Origin: Treponema sp.
GTDB taxonomy: Bacteria; Spirochaetota; Spirochaetia; Treponematales; Treponemataceae
Reading direction: 5' to 3'
DNA length: 64,000 nt
NCBI GenBank assembly: GCA_024402535.1
Contig: JAKSTN010000008.1
Location: 12,012 to 76,011, forward strand
The position numbers were made by a program, and so were the translations under genes. Shown here piece by piece: positions 48,295 to 57,606 of the stretch; position 1 is the stretch's first letter, and the number at the start of each line of letters is the position of its first letter. The notes beneath the pieces are model-generated. The model worked only from the letters and a program-made list of their open reading frames with translations. It did no database searches and was not told the DNA's origin.

Positions 48295-49786
48295 GGTGGC
48301 CTCCTATCTGGGCATTCCGGGTCAAAGTTGTAGCTTCACTTTGAAGATCCATGCCTTTAAACACGGCGCTTTTTCCGTACCGCTTTTTCATTTCCAGAAC
48401 AGATTCCTGAACAGCTTTGTCTTTTTCAAGCTCGCGTTTCATAAAATCATGAAACTTCTTTGTTTCTTCAACATCGCAGAACAGATCTCCCTGAACAATT
48501 TTTTCTTTTTCAAGTTTTTCTGCGGCACTTTCTGTAATAACATTTGCAGCACAAATATTTATACGCCTTACAAGAAGATTTTTATCATTATTTATCCGCT
48601 CATAAAGATTATCAGCCATGGAAGAAATCATCCGTATAGAGCTTGTCCACATATCAAAGTTACCACGTCCACCTACAGAGCCTGGAACTTCACGCCCCCA
48701 GTGATCCGTTTCAATTTTCAATTCCGAATTTCCCGAATACATTTCCCGTATCCCGGCGTTACGAAGATTCGCAATATCATAGCCCAGATACAATACAATC
48801 TGATTTGTAACAAGGTGCTTTGATACAAGTGTCATGGCAAGCTCTTCTGCCATTTCCTTTACAACAAGTCTTGTATTTTCGTAATTATAACCATGTGGCA
48901 GAACCTGACCGTTACTGAGACTGTGATTTTTCGGTGTATAGGCTTTTACATCACTTATGCGGCAGTTTTCATAGCCCCAGGCATGATCTATGAGAAACTC
49001 AGCATTTATACCGAACTCTTTATAAAGAAGATCTTCATTATAAAAGTCTCCCACCACCTTACCTGGAACAGGCTTTTTTCCCACAGAACAGCGGGCAATA
49101 TCCCCCATTGTGTAAAGTTCATATTTAGCAAGCCGCTTTGCAGTTCCCGGTCCAATCCGCCAGAAATCCGTTATGGGGATATGATCCCAAAGCTTTTCAC
49201 GGTAAGACCGTTCATCAAGTTCTGCTATGCGCACCCCATCCTTATCGGCCGGAATATGTTTGGCCACAATATCCATGGCGATTTTTGCAAGATACATATT
49301 GGTTCCGATTCCGGCTGTTGCCGTAATACCGGTCTGTGAAAGAACATCCTGAATCATTCGCATGGCAAGTTCATGTGCCGTGCAGTTATAAAGAGTCAGA
49401 TAGCCTGTGGCATCAATAAAAACTTCATCAATTGAATAAACGTGAATATCGTCAGGAGAAATATAGTTCAGATAAATACCATAAATCTGGCTGCTGACCT
49501 TTATGTATTCCGCCATTCTAGGCGTTGCGGCAATGTATTCAACAGGCGGCCACACATTTTCATTAATCTTATTTATTATTTGATTAACTTCAAAAAGCCG
49601 TGGCCGGCCTGGAACACCCATTGCTTTAAGAGCCGGTGATACTGCAAGACATATAGTTTTGTCGCTCCGGGAAGTGTCTGCTACAACAAGATTTGCCGTA
49701 AGGGGGTCCAGACCGCGGTAAACGCATTCAACAGAGGCATAAAAACTCTTCAAATCTATAGCAATATACTGGCGTTGCTCATTCAT
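48287..49786 (-). CDS. Y-family DNA polymerase (UmuC/ImpB-like)
   Basis: YIAIDLKSFYASVEC, YSIDEVFID, GIGTNMYLAK, FWRIGPGT and C-terminal RNAQIGGHRA. Confidence 0.93.
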   Translation of the reverse strand: MNEQRQYIAIDLKSFYASVECVYRGLDPLTANLVVADTSRSDKTICLAVSPALKAMGVPGRPRLFEVNQIINKINENVWPPVEYIAATPRMAEYIKVSSQIYGIYLNYISPDDIHVYSIDEVFIDATGYLTLYNCTAHELAMRMIQDVLSQTGITATAGIGTNMYLAKIAMDIVAKHIPADKDGVRIAELDERSYREKLWDHIPITDFWRIGPGTAKRLAKYELYTMGDIARCSVGKKPVPGKVVGDFYNEDLLYKEFGINAEFLIDHAWGYENCRISDVKAYTPKNHSLSNGQVLPHGYNYENTRLVVKEMAEELAMTLVSKHLVTNQIVLYLGYDIANLRNAGIREMYSGNSELKIETDHWGREVPGSVGGRGNFDMWTSSIRMISSMADNLYERINNDKNLLVRRINICAANVITESAAEKLEKEKIVQGDLFCDVEETKKFHDFMKRELEKDKAVQESVLEMKKRYGKSAVFKGMDLQSEATTLTRNAQIGGHRA

Positions 49787-49907
49787 TTGTATAGTATATT
49801 AAAACTACACAAATCAAAAGTCAAGTTATATTTAATAAATTTGTATAGTATAAAATAACTTTCGAATTCGAAAATTGCACAGTATAATAAATTCAGGAGA
49901 CTGTACT

Positions 49908-50801
49908 ATGAAAAAAGTTCATATATTAACCCCGCTAATATTATTAACAATCACCCTTTTCACACTTTCAAGCTGCTCAAAAGGCCTGGAACCACTAAAA
50001 GCAAAATCTCCAGAAATAGAAATACACACAGGGGAAGAATCAGGAACTGTAAAAGTTCTTACTGATATAAAAAACAATGAACTTTTACCTTTTTCATTTG
50101 CGAAAGTTCAGTTTCTTCCAGCAGAAGGCTACACTCTCACAAGTTTCCTTATACTGAATGCTGAAATAATAAATCAAGTCTCAGATTCTCCTGAGGAAGT
50201 AACCGTCTTAATAAAAACAGACAGTGATCCTGAAGTAAAAATAGAAGCTTATTTCAGTTCCACAACCCTATCCTGTTCAGCCTCTGAGTTTTTTTACGAT
50301 GAAGAAGACACTATAACAATAAAAGTTTCATCAAAACCAAATAATAATTGTTATGTAAGGATGAATGGTAGCGATTACACCTATAAGATCTTAAATGACA
50401 GCATTCAAATTCCCAAAAACAATATGAAAATAGGAAAAAATGAAATATATCTCTGGGATAATTATTATAATTCAAAAGCTTCAAACATTTTGAATATAAA
50501 CCTTTCCATAAAAGACCTGCCGAAAGGCTATGAACCTGTAACATTAAAATCAGTTTCATCAACTTCTTCATATTTTTCATTAAAAAATACATTTGGAGAC
50601 CGCGTTTATTTAAATTATTTTTATGAAAATCACCCGGAAGAAATAAAAGATTATATTATGAACAATATTTCATCTTCGACAGAAGTAATAATCTACTTCC
50701 CGAAAATTCCAAAACCAACAGAGGAATCGGGAACTCTTATCATCTGGATAAATGATCCCGTCCTTAAACTTTATTCCAATAAAATAACAATAAAAAAATA
50801 G
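49908..50801 (+). CDS. Hypothetical lipoprotein
   Basis: ATG at 49908 with SD AGGAG; lipobox LSSC; AT-rich. Confidence 0.78.
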   Translation: MKKVHILTPLILLTITLFTLSSCSKGLEPLKAKSPEIEIHTGEESGTVKVLTDIKNNELLPFSFAKVQFLPAEGYTLTSFLILNAEIINQVSDSPEEVTVLIKTDSDPEVKIEAYFSSTTLSCSASEFFYDEEDTITIKVSSKPNNNCYVRMNGSDYTYKILNDSIQIPKNNMKIGKNEIYLWDNYYNSKASNILNINLSIKDLPKGYEPVTLKSVSSTSSYFSLKNTFGDRVYLNYFYENHPEEIKDYIMNNISSSTEVIIYFPKIPKPTEESGTLIIWINDPVLKLYSNKITIKK

Positions 50802-50821
50802 AAACTTAAAAGAGGAACAAA

Positions 50822-51697
50822 ATGATAAAAAAAATAAAATACATATCAGTTATAATTTCTTTAGTTCTATTTTTCACAGGATGTTCATTCAAAACTAGAA
50901 CATCGACAATAGTTGTTCAAAAAACAGAACACGGAAAAATTTCAGCAAATATATACAAAGAAAATCAAGTAACAATAAATGTAAATCCAGAGGAAGGTTA
51001 TAAGCTTTTACAAAACTCTTTGACTGTATCAGAACACAATAATAAATATACTCCGCAAGAAATGAAAATAAATAAAATTTCAGAAACAGAATACACTTTT
51101 GATTTGAAATTTTATGAAGACATGGATTGTACTTATTATATTGCAGGAGAATTTATTCCTGAAAATCAAAAAGAAACTTATTCAGAAAAAAAATCATACT
51201 CAATCGAATATTCATCACAATATTCAAAAATCAGCAACGCTCCCAAGACAGCCAAGGAAGGAGAAAAAGTAATTTTCGAAGTAGACTTGTATTATAATTC
51301 TTATAGCATAAAAACAGATGATGTGAAAATTACAGGAGAAGATGGAGCTTCATACCCTGTAACTTTCGAAGGCTTCAATATTTCCGGAAATTATTTATAT
51401 TCCTTTTCTATGCCATCCCAGAATGTTTCAGTAAAAATAGAAGAATATGATGCAAGATCAAAAAATGAAACATATAAAGTAAATCTTATGCCTGTAGAAA
51501 ACGGAAAAATCAGTGCAGACCAGGAAGCATACAGCTATGGAACTTCGGTAAGCATAAACGTAACTCCTGATTCAGGTTATAAGATAAAAGAAAACTCATT
51601 TATTGTTTTCAAAGATAAAAAAATAATTACCAGTAAATATGAATTCTCTATGCCACCACATGAAGTAAATGTATATGTAGAGTTTATTAAGGAATAA
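50822..51697 (+). CDS. Lipoprotein with InlB B-repeat-like Ig modules
   Basis: Lipobox FTGC; recurring HGKISA...VTINVNPEEGYKL, NGKISAD...VSINVTPDSGYKI and FSMPSQNVSV/FSMPPHEVNV modules. Confidence 0.75.
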   Translation: MIKKIKYISVIISLVLFFTGCSFKTRTSTIVVQKTEHGKISANIYKENQVTINVNPEEGYKLLQNSLTVSEHNNKYTPQEMKINKISETEYTFDLKFYEDMDCTYYIAGEFIPENQKETYSEKKSYSIEYSSQYSKISNAPKTAKEGEKVIFEVDLYYNSYSIKTDDVKITGEDGASYPVTFEGFNISGNYLYSFSMPSQNVSVKIEEYDARSKNETYKVNLMPVENGKISADQEAYSYGTSVSINVTPDSGYKIKENSFIVFKDKKIITSKYEFSMPPHEVNVYVEFIKE

Positions 51698-51699
51698 TC

Positions 51700-53502
51700 A
51701 TGAAAAAAATATTTTATATAATCACTCTTTTTTTAATCCCATTCTTCTGTTTCTCACAGGTGAAACAGTATGTCTGTGCAGTTCATGAAATATTTTACGA
51801 TCAGGCCATTGAAGACATGAAGGAATACGCATCAAACTTCAGAAAAAGCGGATTAACTGGATTTGCAGACTCAATGGAAGAATATATTGATGGTGGAAGT
51901 TTCGGTTCAGGTTTTGTTTATGTAGATAAGAACGGTAAAAATTATATCATTACAAACCGTCACGTTGTAGAACAGGCAAAAACCTTAAAAGTTGATTTTT
52001 TAAATGAAGATAATTCATTAACATCTTACGAAGGATTAACAATTGTTTCTGTTGGTCAGGACCTGGACCTTGCAATCCTTGCATTCCCAGAAAATCAGCA
52101 GCCATTCACAAACGGATTAAATCTTTATACAGGAAATCTGGAGGATGGAAATACCGTTTACACTGCAGGCTTTCCGGCTTACGATGGAAAGCCTTCCTGG
52201 CAGCTTGGAACAGGAAATGTAACAAATGCAAAAATGACAGGGACAAAACTTGTAAACCCTGAAATCACATATCTTATTCAGCATTCCGCTCAGGTTGATG
52301 CAGGAAATTCCGGTGGTCCACTTTTAAGAAAAGGAAAAAATAATACATATTATGTTGTGGGTATAAACACATGGAAAGCCATAAACCGTCAGGCCACAAA
52401 CTTTTCAATTCCTGCAAAAGCCGTTCAGAACTTTATTGAGGAAAGCCTTTCACCAGAAAAAAAGACAAACGAAATTGAAGAAATTACTGCACGGGCAAAA
52501 ACTTTTCAGAAACTCATTTCAAATCCGAAAGCAACTTATGAAGAAATCATTCCATTCATATCTATGGAATATGTTTCAAGAGAAGGAAAATACACACTTG
52601 ATTACGTATTAAAACATGCAGATGAAACAAATAAAAAAACAATCACATCAGCTTTTTTTAATGAATCCCCTTTAGAAGGAATGCGATACGCCATTGCCTG
52701 GTATATTTACAATGAATACCATAAAGGAGAATATCCAAACTCTTATAACATAAAAAAAGAATCTGAAAATACGGATGAAAACCTAACCTTTGAAGGACCA
52801 GAAAAGATTCCAGACTCACACAAATGGAAAGTTACATATAATTTAAATACAAAGAAAGGTCAGGCAGAAGCCGTATGGGTCGATATGTATGGAGTCTGGC
52901 AACTTGATTCATTTGCAAACGCAAAAACAAAGAAAAAAGCCCAGAAAAAAAGAACTGCAATAGCAGAAGAAGAAAAAAGCAGACTTGGAAGTCTTGAACT
53001 ATATCTCCCGTATAAAGTTTCTTTTGCCTTTAGAAAAGGTTCTCAGATTTCAAAATCACCTTTTATATCCCCATTCTATTTTGATATAGACGTGAAAATC
53101 AATAATTTCATAACAGCAGAAACTTCTTTTGAAGGTGACATTACACCAGTAAAAATTGTTTCAGGTATAAATGATTATAATCCAATGACTTTTATGGGAG
53201 GACTTTTAGGAATAAAAGGCCAGCTTCCGGTTTTGGTTTCAAACAACGCAATCATTCCTTTTATCTCAGTAAAAGGTGGAGCTAAGTATTCCGTAAATCC
53301 TACAAACGAAAAAGCAAATATTTTTGCAACATTGGAAGCAGATGCAGGGGCAAAAGTTTTACTTGGAATTGATTCAACCATAATGCCATACCTTGAAGGA
53401 GGCTATTTATACAACTACAATTTTATTCCAGAAAAAAACAGAAAGACAGTTTTTGAAGATTCTTTCTCATGCGTTTATTTTGGTTTAGGTTTTGCATTCT
53501 AG
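51700..53502 (+). CDS. Trypsin-like (S1C) serine protease with C-terminal beta-barrel-like domain
   Basis: Signal peptide; catalytic triad motifs TNRHVV, DLAIL and DAGNSGGPL; amphipathic C-terminal strands ending YFGLGFAF. Confidence 0.85.
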   Translation: MKKIFYIITLFLIPFFCFSQVKQYVCAVHEIFYDQAIEDMKEYASNFRKSGLTGFADSMEEYIDGGSFGSGFVYVDKNGKNYIITNRHVVEQAKTLKVDFLNEDNSLTSYEGLTIVSVGQDLDLAILAFPENQQPFTNGLNLYTGNLEDGNTVYTAGFPAYDGKPSWQLGTGNVTNAKMTGTKLVNPEITYLIQHSAQVDAGNSGGPLLRKGKNNTYYVVGINTWKAINRQATNFSIPAKAVQNFIEESLSPEKKTNEIEEITARAKTFQKLISNPKATYEEIIPFISMEYVSREGKYTLDYVLKHADETNKKTITSAFFNESPLEGMRYAIAWYIYNEYHKGEYPNSYNIKKESENTDENLTFEGPEKIPDSHKWKVTYNLNTKKGQAEAVWVDMYGVWQLDSFANAKTKKKAQKKRTAIAEEEKSRLGSLELYLPYKVSFAFRKGSQISKSPFISPFYFDIDVKINNFITAETSFEGDITPVKIVSGINDYNPMTFMGGLLGIKGQLPVLVSNNAIIPFISVKGGAKYSVNPTNEKANIFATLEADAGAKVLLGIDSTIMPYLEGGYLYNYNFIPEKNRKTVFEDSFSCVYFGLGFAF

Positions 53503-53514
53503 AAAATGACAAAT

Positions 53515-54507
53515 CTACTTTATGAACGAAAGTTTCTCTTCCAAAAGTTTTGATTTTCCGTCAATTTCAGATTTTATGAAATCTTCAATAAGCTGACCAT
53601 TTTCGCCATCATTCTCATCAAAAATAATATTGTCTCCATATACGGGCGCAAAAATTATGCTGATAAAATTATGTGCAAGTGTCACAACGGCGTCTTCAAG
53701 GAATTTGAAATTTTCCATATCTTTAAGAGAGGCCTGATATTCTTTGTTCTTTTTCTGTGCAATTTTATTGGCAGTCTGAACAGAACCGATATCATTTTTC
53801 ACATTAATTGATTTTATATTTTCATCATTATCAAGATTTACAGTTCTGATTTCACTTATAGGAGTTTCTGTAATATTTTTTGAGGCACCAATAAAAATTG
53901 GCTTTATTCCGGAAACAGAAATTTTTCCATCTTCAAGTTTTTTAATCCGGATTTCCTTTATATCAACTCCAAACTTTGCTTCAATTTCATGATTACACAC
54001 AAGAAGAACCTGATCATAATAATAGTTTGCACGGACACCCATTCCCTTATTAATATCTCCAAGTTTTTCTGTATAAACTGAAGTCTGTTTTAAATCAGTT
54101 TTCAAAAGAGCAAGTTCCGCAATCTTTTCAAACTGCATGGCAGAAATTTGGGAACAGCGGAGATTATTAAGTTCCTGGTTCAACTGATTGATTTCAATTT
54201 TCAGCTTATGATTTTCTATATCAAGTTTTCCGCTTTCCAGTTCAAGAAGCAGCCGTTCCTGATTACCTTTATACTTTGAAACCGAAATCAATTTATCAAA
54301 AGCGGCTGGAATAGGAAATGCAAAAATCACGCCAAGGATTGTAGAGAAAACTATGCAGAGTATAGAATTTACTGATTTTCGTGAATTGAATTTTATGGCA
54401 AAAAGAAGAATAACAGCAATTATAAGTGCCAGACAGACTGCTATTGTAACAATACATGTTGTCTGAATAACAGATTCCTGAAAACTTGCAAAAAACTTTT
54501 CAAACAT
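53515..54507 (-). CDS. Membrane-anchored coiled-coil protein, DUF4230-like
   Basis: Two N-terminal TM helices, a coiled coil and HEIEAKFGVDIKEIRI, which resembles DUF4230 (from recall). Confidence 0.6.
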   Translation of the reverse strand: MFEKFFASFQESVIQTTCIVTIAVCLALIIAVILLFAIKFNSRKSVNSILCIVFSTILGVIFAFPIPAAFDKLISVSKYKGNQERLLLELESGKLDIENHKLKIEINQLNQELNNLRCSQISAMQFEKIAELALLKTDLKQTSVYTEKLGDINKGMGVRANYYYDQVLLVCNHEIEAKFGVDIKEIRIKKLEDGKISVSGIKPIFIGASKNITETPISEIRTVNLDNDENIKSINVKNDIGSVQTANKIAQKKNKEYQASLKDMENFKFLEDAVVTLAHNFISIIFAPVYGDNIIFDENDGENGQLIEDFIKSEIDGKSKLLEEKLSFIK

Positions 54508-54545
54508 AAAAAAACTCCTGACATATTATTATACATCAGGAGTTT
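54506..54545 (-). terminator. Hairpin overlapping the SD of the 54507 gene
   Basis: Minus strand AAACTCCTGA-N14-TCAGGAGTTT followed by TTTT-ATG. Confidence 0.55.
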
Positions 54546-54576
54546 GTAAATTCATAACAAAGTTTGAAATGAATTA

Positions 54577-54963
54577 TTAGAAACGTGAGAAGTGAACCCC
54601 ACTGAAAGTAAGGTCTGAACCTTTCAGTTCATATTTTCCTTTCATAAGAGGAACTTCTGTTGTTGTTCCAAGAACTTCTATATTTGCTTTAATTGTAAGG
54701 TAAGTATCATCAGCTTCCCAAGTAATTTTTACTTTTGTGTCATCGCTAAGATCATACCCACCAACCTTTTCAGATTTTTCACCATTAATTTCATAGTAAA
54801 AAACTGCAGATTTGTTTGCTTTAAGAGTGAAACAAGTTCTTGTACCAGCTACTTCATCACTCTTCCAAGTTCCAGCAAGTCCGGCTTCAAAAAAGTTACA
54901 TGAAACCAGCATAACAGAAACCAAAACCATAAGAACGGCTAAAAGACCAATCTTTCTTTTCAT
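54577..54963 (-). CDS. Small lipoprotein
   Basis: ATG at 54963 with SD AAGGAG; lipobox LVSC; LAGTWKS motif reminiscent of lipocalin-like folds. Confidence 0.8.
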   Translation of the reverse strand: MKRKIGLLAVLMVLVSVMLVSCNFFEAGLAGTWKSDEVAGTRTCFTLKANKSAVFYYEINGEKSEKVGGYDLSDDTKVKITWEADDTYLTIKANIEVLGTTTEVPLMKGKYELKGSDLTFSGVHFSRF

Positions 54964-55000
54964 AAGATAACTCCTTAATAATTGTGTGTTATAACTATAA

Positions 55001-55028
55001 ATTATATCAATTTTCTCCACTTTGTCAA
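55001..55028 (-). promoter_or_regulatory. Sigma70-type promoter of the small lipoprotein
   Basis: TTGACA-16 nt-TATAAT with an extended -10 TG. Confidence 0.65.
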
Positions 55029-55057
55029 AACTCTTTACTTTGGAGAAAATACACACG

Positions 55058-55157
55058 TGGGGGTCACCTCACTTCGTTCGGCCGGCACTTCCGGGTTCCA
55101 CTACGTTCAGTCCTCGTTATCGCTCGGACCGCTTCGCGCCCTCCAGCGCCTGCCCCA
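55058..55157. repeat. GC-rich structured intergenic element (MITE-like)
   Basis: About 64% GC (64 of 100 bases at 55061-55160) in AT-rich flanks; TGGGG...CCCCA ends; CTCACTTCGTTCGG and CGCTTCGCG motifs; abuts the paaK stop. Confidence 0.65.
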
Positions 55158-55160
55158 TTT

Positions 55161-56396
55161 CTAGAAACGTTTGTCTTCAATGCGCTTTGTTTTCTTTTCA
55201 GAACGTGGCAGGTCTCCTATTCCCACAACCTTGATTTTTGGAGTCAGGTTGAACTTGCTCTTGCACTTAAGTGCCATTTCCAGAGCCAGTTCTGTTCTGT
55301 CTGTTCCGCCTTCACATTCAACAAAGATTGTCATTTCATCTTTTCCATCAATGTGTTCAATTTCTGCACGGTATTCACTTGAAGCGCCTGGGCATGCACG
55401 GATAACTTCTTCGATTGAACTTGGGAAAATGATATTTCCCTTAACTTTTACCATGTCGTCGCTGCGACCCATAATCTGGCTGATTCTTGGATAAGGACAT
55501 GTGTCGCCTGGTTCACGAGGAATGAAACTTGCCAGGTCATGTGTTCTGAAACGGAACAATGGTGCACCTTCTTTTACCAAAGTAGTAAGAGTGATTTCAC
55601 CAATCTCCCCTTCCTTTACAGGTTCACCAGTAATAGGATCCAGGATTTCAGTATAGATGTAATCATCAAAAATACGCATTCCGTCTTCACCTGGAAGATT
55701 TACGCCAATACCAGGACCGTAACATTCTGTAAGTCCATAAATATCATAAAGTTCAATACCAAGAATATTCTGAATTCTCTGGCGCATTTTTTCGCCCCAG
55801 CGTTCTGAACCGATTACACCCTTTTTAAGGCAAATCTTGTCTTTAAGGTTACGGGCTTCAACCTGTTCTGCAAGAAGCAGAGCATAAGAAGATGTAGCAC
55901 AGATAACTGTAGATTTCATATCCTGCATCATCTGAAGCTGCTTTTCTGTGTTACCAGGGCCCATAGGAACTGCCATTGCACCAAGCTTTTCACATCCAGC
56001 CTGGAAACCAATACCTGCAGTCCAGAGCCCATAACCCGGTGTAATCTGGATGCGGTCTTTTTTTGTAATGCCTGCCATTTCATAGCAGCGGGCAAACATT
56101 GTAGCCCAGTCATCTACGTCTTTTCTTGTATAAGGAATGATTACAGGAGTTCCTGTTGTTCCGCTTGAAGAATGAATACGTACGATTTCTTCCTCCGGAA
56201 CAGTTGCCAGTCCCAGTGGATAGGCGTCACGAAGATCCTGTTTTGTACAGAAAGGAAGTTTTTCAAAGTCCGCTTGAGTCTTGATATCTTCAGGATTAAT
56301 ATCCTTGAAGCGTTCTGTGTAGAAAGGATTTCCAAATTCCTTCACACGTTTGATCTGTGCGCGAACAAGATCCAGCTGTTTTTCTGTAATCTGCAT
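55161..56396 (-). CDS. paaK: Phenylacetate-CoA ligase family protein
   Basis: HSSSGTTGTP, YGLWTAGIG, DIYGLTECYGPG, GRSDDMVKVKG and LPRSEKKTKR; likely ATG at 56396. Confidence 0.9.
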   Translation of the reverse strand: MQITEKQLDLVRAQIKRVKEFGNPFYTERFKDINPEDIKTQADFEKLPFCTKQDLRDAYPLGLATVPEEEIVRIHSSSGTTGTPVIIPYTRKDVDDWATMFARCYEMAGITKKDRIQITPGYGLWTAGIGFQAGCEKLGAMAVPMGPGNTEKQLQMMQDMKSTVICATSSYALLLAEQVEARNLKDKICLKKGVIGSERWGEKMRQRIQNILGIELYDIYGLTECYGPGIGVNLPGEDGMRIFDDYIYTEILDPITGEPVKEGEIGEITLTTLVKEGAPLFRFRTHDLASFIPREPGDTCPYPRISQIMGRSDDMVKVKGNIIFPSSIEEVIRACPGASSEYRAEIEHIDGKDEMTIFVECEGGTDRTELALEMALKCKSKFNLTPKIKVVGIGDLPRSEKKTKRIEDKRF

Positions 56397-56486
56397 ATAG
56401 TTACCCTCAAATATATCTTTTTTTGTTTCTATCAATAGTAATATACAATAATAAGGCAGTCAAGAAAAAAGACTTTTTTACACTCA

Positions 56487-56522
56487 ATATACCTTGACAG
56501 ATGAGGTATATACGATTATGAT
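56487..56522 (+). promoter_or_regulatory. Promoter and candidate operator of the PadR operon
   Basis: TTGACA (56494-99)-17 nt-TATGAT (56517-22); perfect inverted repeat ATATACCT-N9-AGGTATAT over the -35. Confidence 0.7.
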
Positions 56523-56564
56523 ACAACTCATAAGTCGATTTATATTTTTGCTACAGGAGGATTT

Positions 56565-56897
56565 ATGCTGAATTCTTCGGACCTTCTTAGAGGTTTGACA
56601 GATACACTGATTCTTGCGTGCCTTTTTGATCATGATTCCTATGGCTATGAAATCAATAAAACGGTAACAGCAAGTTCTGATGGTTCCTTCAACTTCAAAG
56701 AAGCTACGCTTTATACCTCTTTCAGACGGCTGGAAGAAGGCGGATATATTTCGTCCTACTGGGGCGGCGAAGAAACCGGAGCCCGCAGGCGATATTACAC
56801 TATTACAGAAACAGGAAAAAAGTTTTTCCTGGAAAACAAAGAAGACTGGAACAACATTAAAGCCTTGATTGACGGCCTTCTGGAAACAAAGAAATAA
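56565..56897 (+). CDS. PadR-family transcriptional regulator
   Basis: SYGYEI, EATLYTSFRRLEEGGYISSYW and RRRYYTITETG. Confidence 0.93.
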   Translation: MLNSSDLLRGLTDTLILACLFDHDSYGYEINKTVTASSDGSFNFKEATLYTSFRRLEEGGYISSYWGGEETGARRRYYTITETGKKFFLENKEDWNNIKALIDGLLETKK

Positions 56898-56913
56898 AAA
56901 GGAGATGAAGTAT

Positions 56914-57585
56914 ATGAATGTAAAAATTAAAAAACACGTGGACACACTTTTCAGCCATGTTCCTTACAGCAAAAAAGCCCAGGAACTTAAAGAAGAAATC
57001 ATGGCCGATATGGAAGCCCATTACAATGACTGCCTTGCCGACGGAGAGAGTGAACAGATGGCATTCAGATCAGCCTGCGATTCACTGGGAGACATTGAAC
57101 AGGTAATAGAAAATCTGATTCCAGAAAAAGACATTATGGAAAAAATTGACCGCTACAAACGATTCCGCGCCATTATGACTTCCATTGCGGTTTTCCTTTA
57201 TATTTCAGGTGTGGCCCTTATTGTTGCCCTTACCTCCATTCCTGCCCTTATGGGGAAAAATCCAGCACTGCTTTCTGTTATAGGAACTGTTATATTCCTG
57301 GTACTGGCAGCTTTTGCTACCGGCATGATTATTTTTTCCCGCATGGTTATTCCACAGGATGTAGTTCCTTACATCCGTAAAACTTCCATGACAGAACAGG
57401 AAAACATCGATACGTCTACAACACGTGGCCGTTTTTTGAAAGCATACTCAGAAAGCCACTGGGCATTTGTAACCATCATTTACTTTATTGTAAGTTTTAC
57501 AACTCATGACTGGGGCGTAACCTGGATTATTTTCCTCATTGGCGCCGCCCTGGACAAATGCGTAAAAGCCTTCTGCCAAGAATAA
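56914..57585 (+). CDS. HAAS/DUF1700-like membrane protein
   Basis: N-terminal helical domain (ELKEEIMADMEAHYND...SLGDIEQ) followed by TM helices; ATG at 56914 is correctly spaced from the SD. Confidence 0.75.
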   Translation: MNVKIKKHVDTLFSHVPYSKKAQELKEEIMADMEAHYNDCLADGESEQMAFRSACDSLGDIEQVIENLIPEKDIMEKIDRYKRFRAIMTSIAVFLYISGVALIVALTSIPALMGKNPALLSVIGTVIFLVLAAFATGMIIFSRMVIPQDVVPYIRKTSMTEQENIDTSTTRGRFLKAYSESHWAFVTIIYFIVSFTTHDWGVTWIIFLIGAALDKCVKAFCQE

Positions 57586-57606
57586 TTAATACAGGGAGAC
57601 TTAAAA

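Noticed and set aside
48296-49339. Plus-strand ORFs of 175 and 148 aa
   Set aside because: Antisense shadows of the Y-family polymerase with no recognisable motifs.
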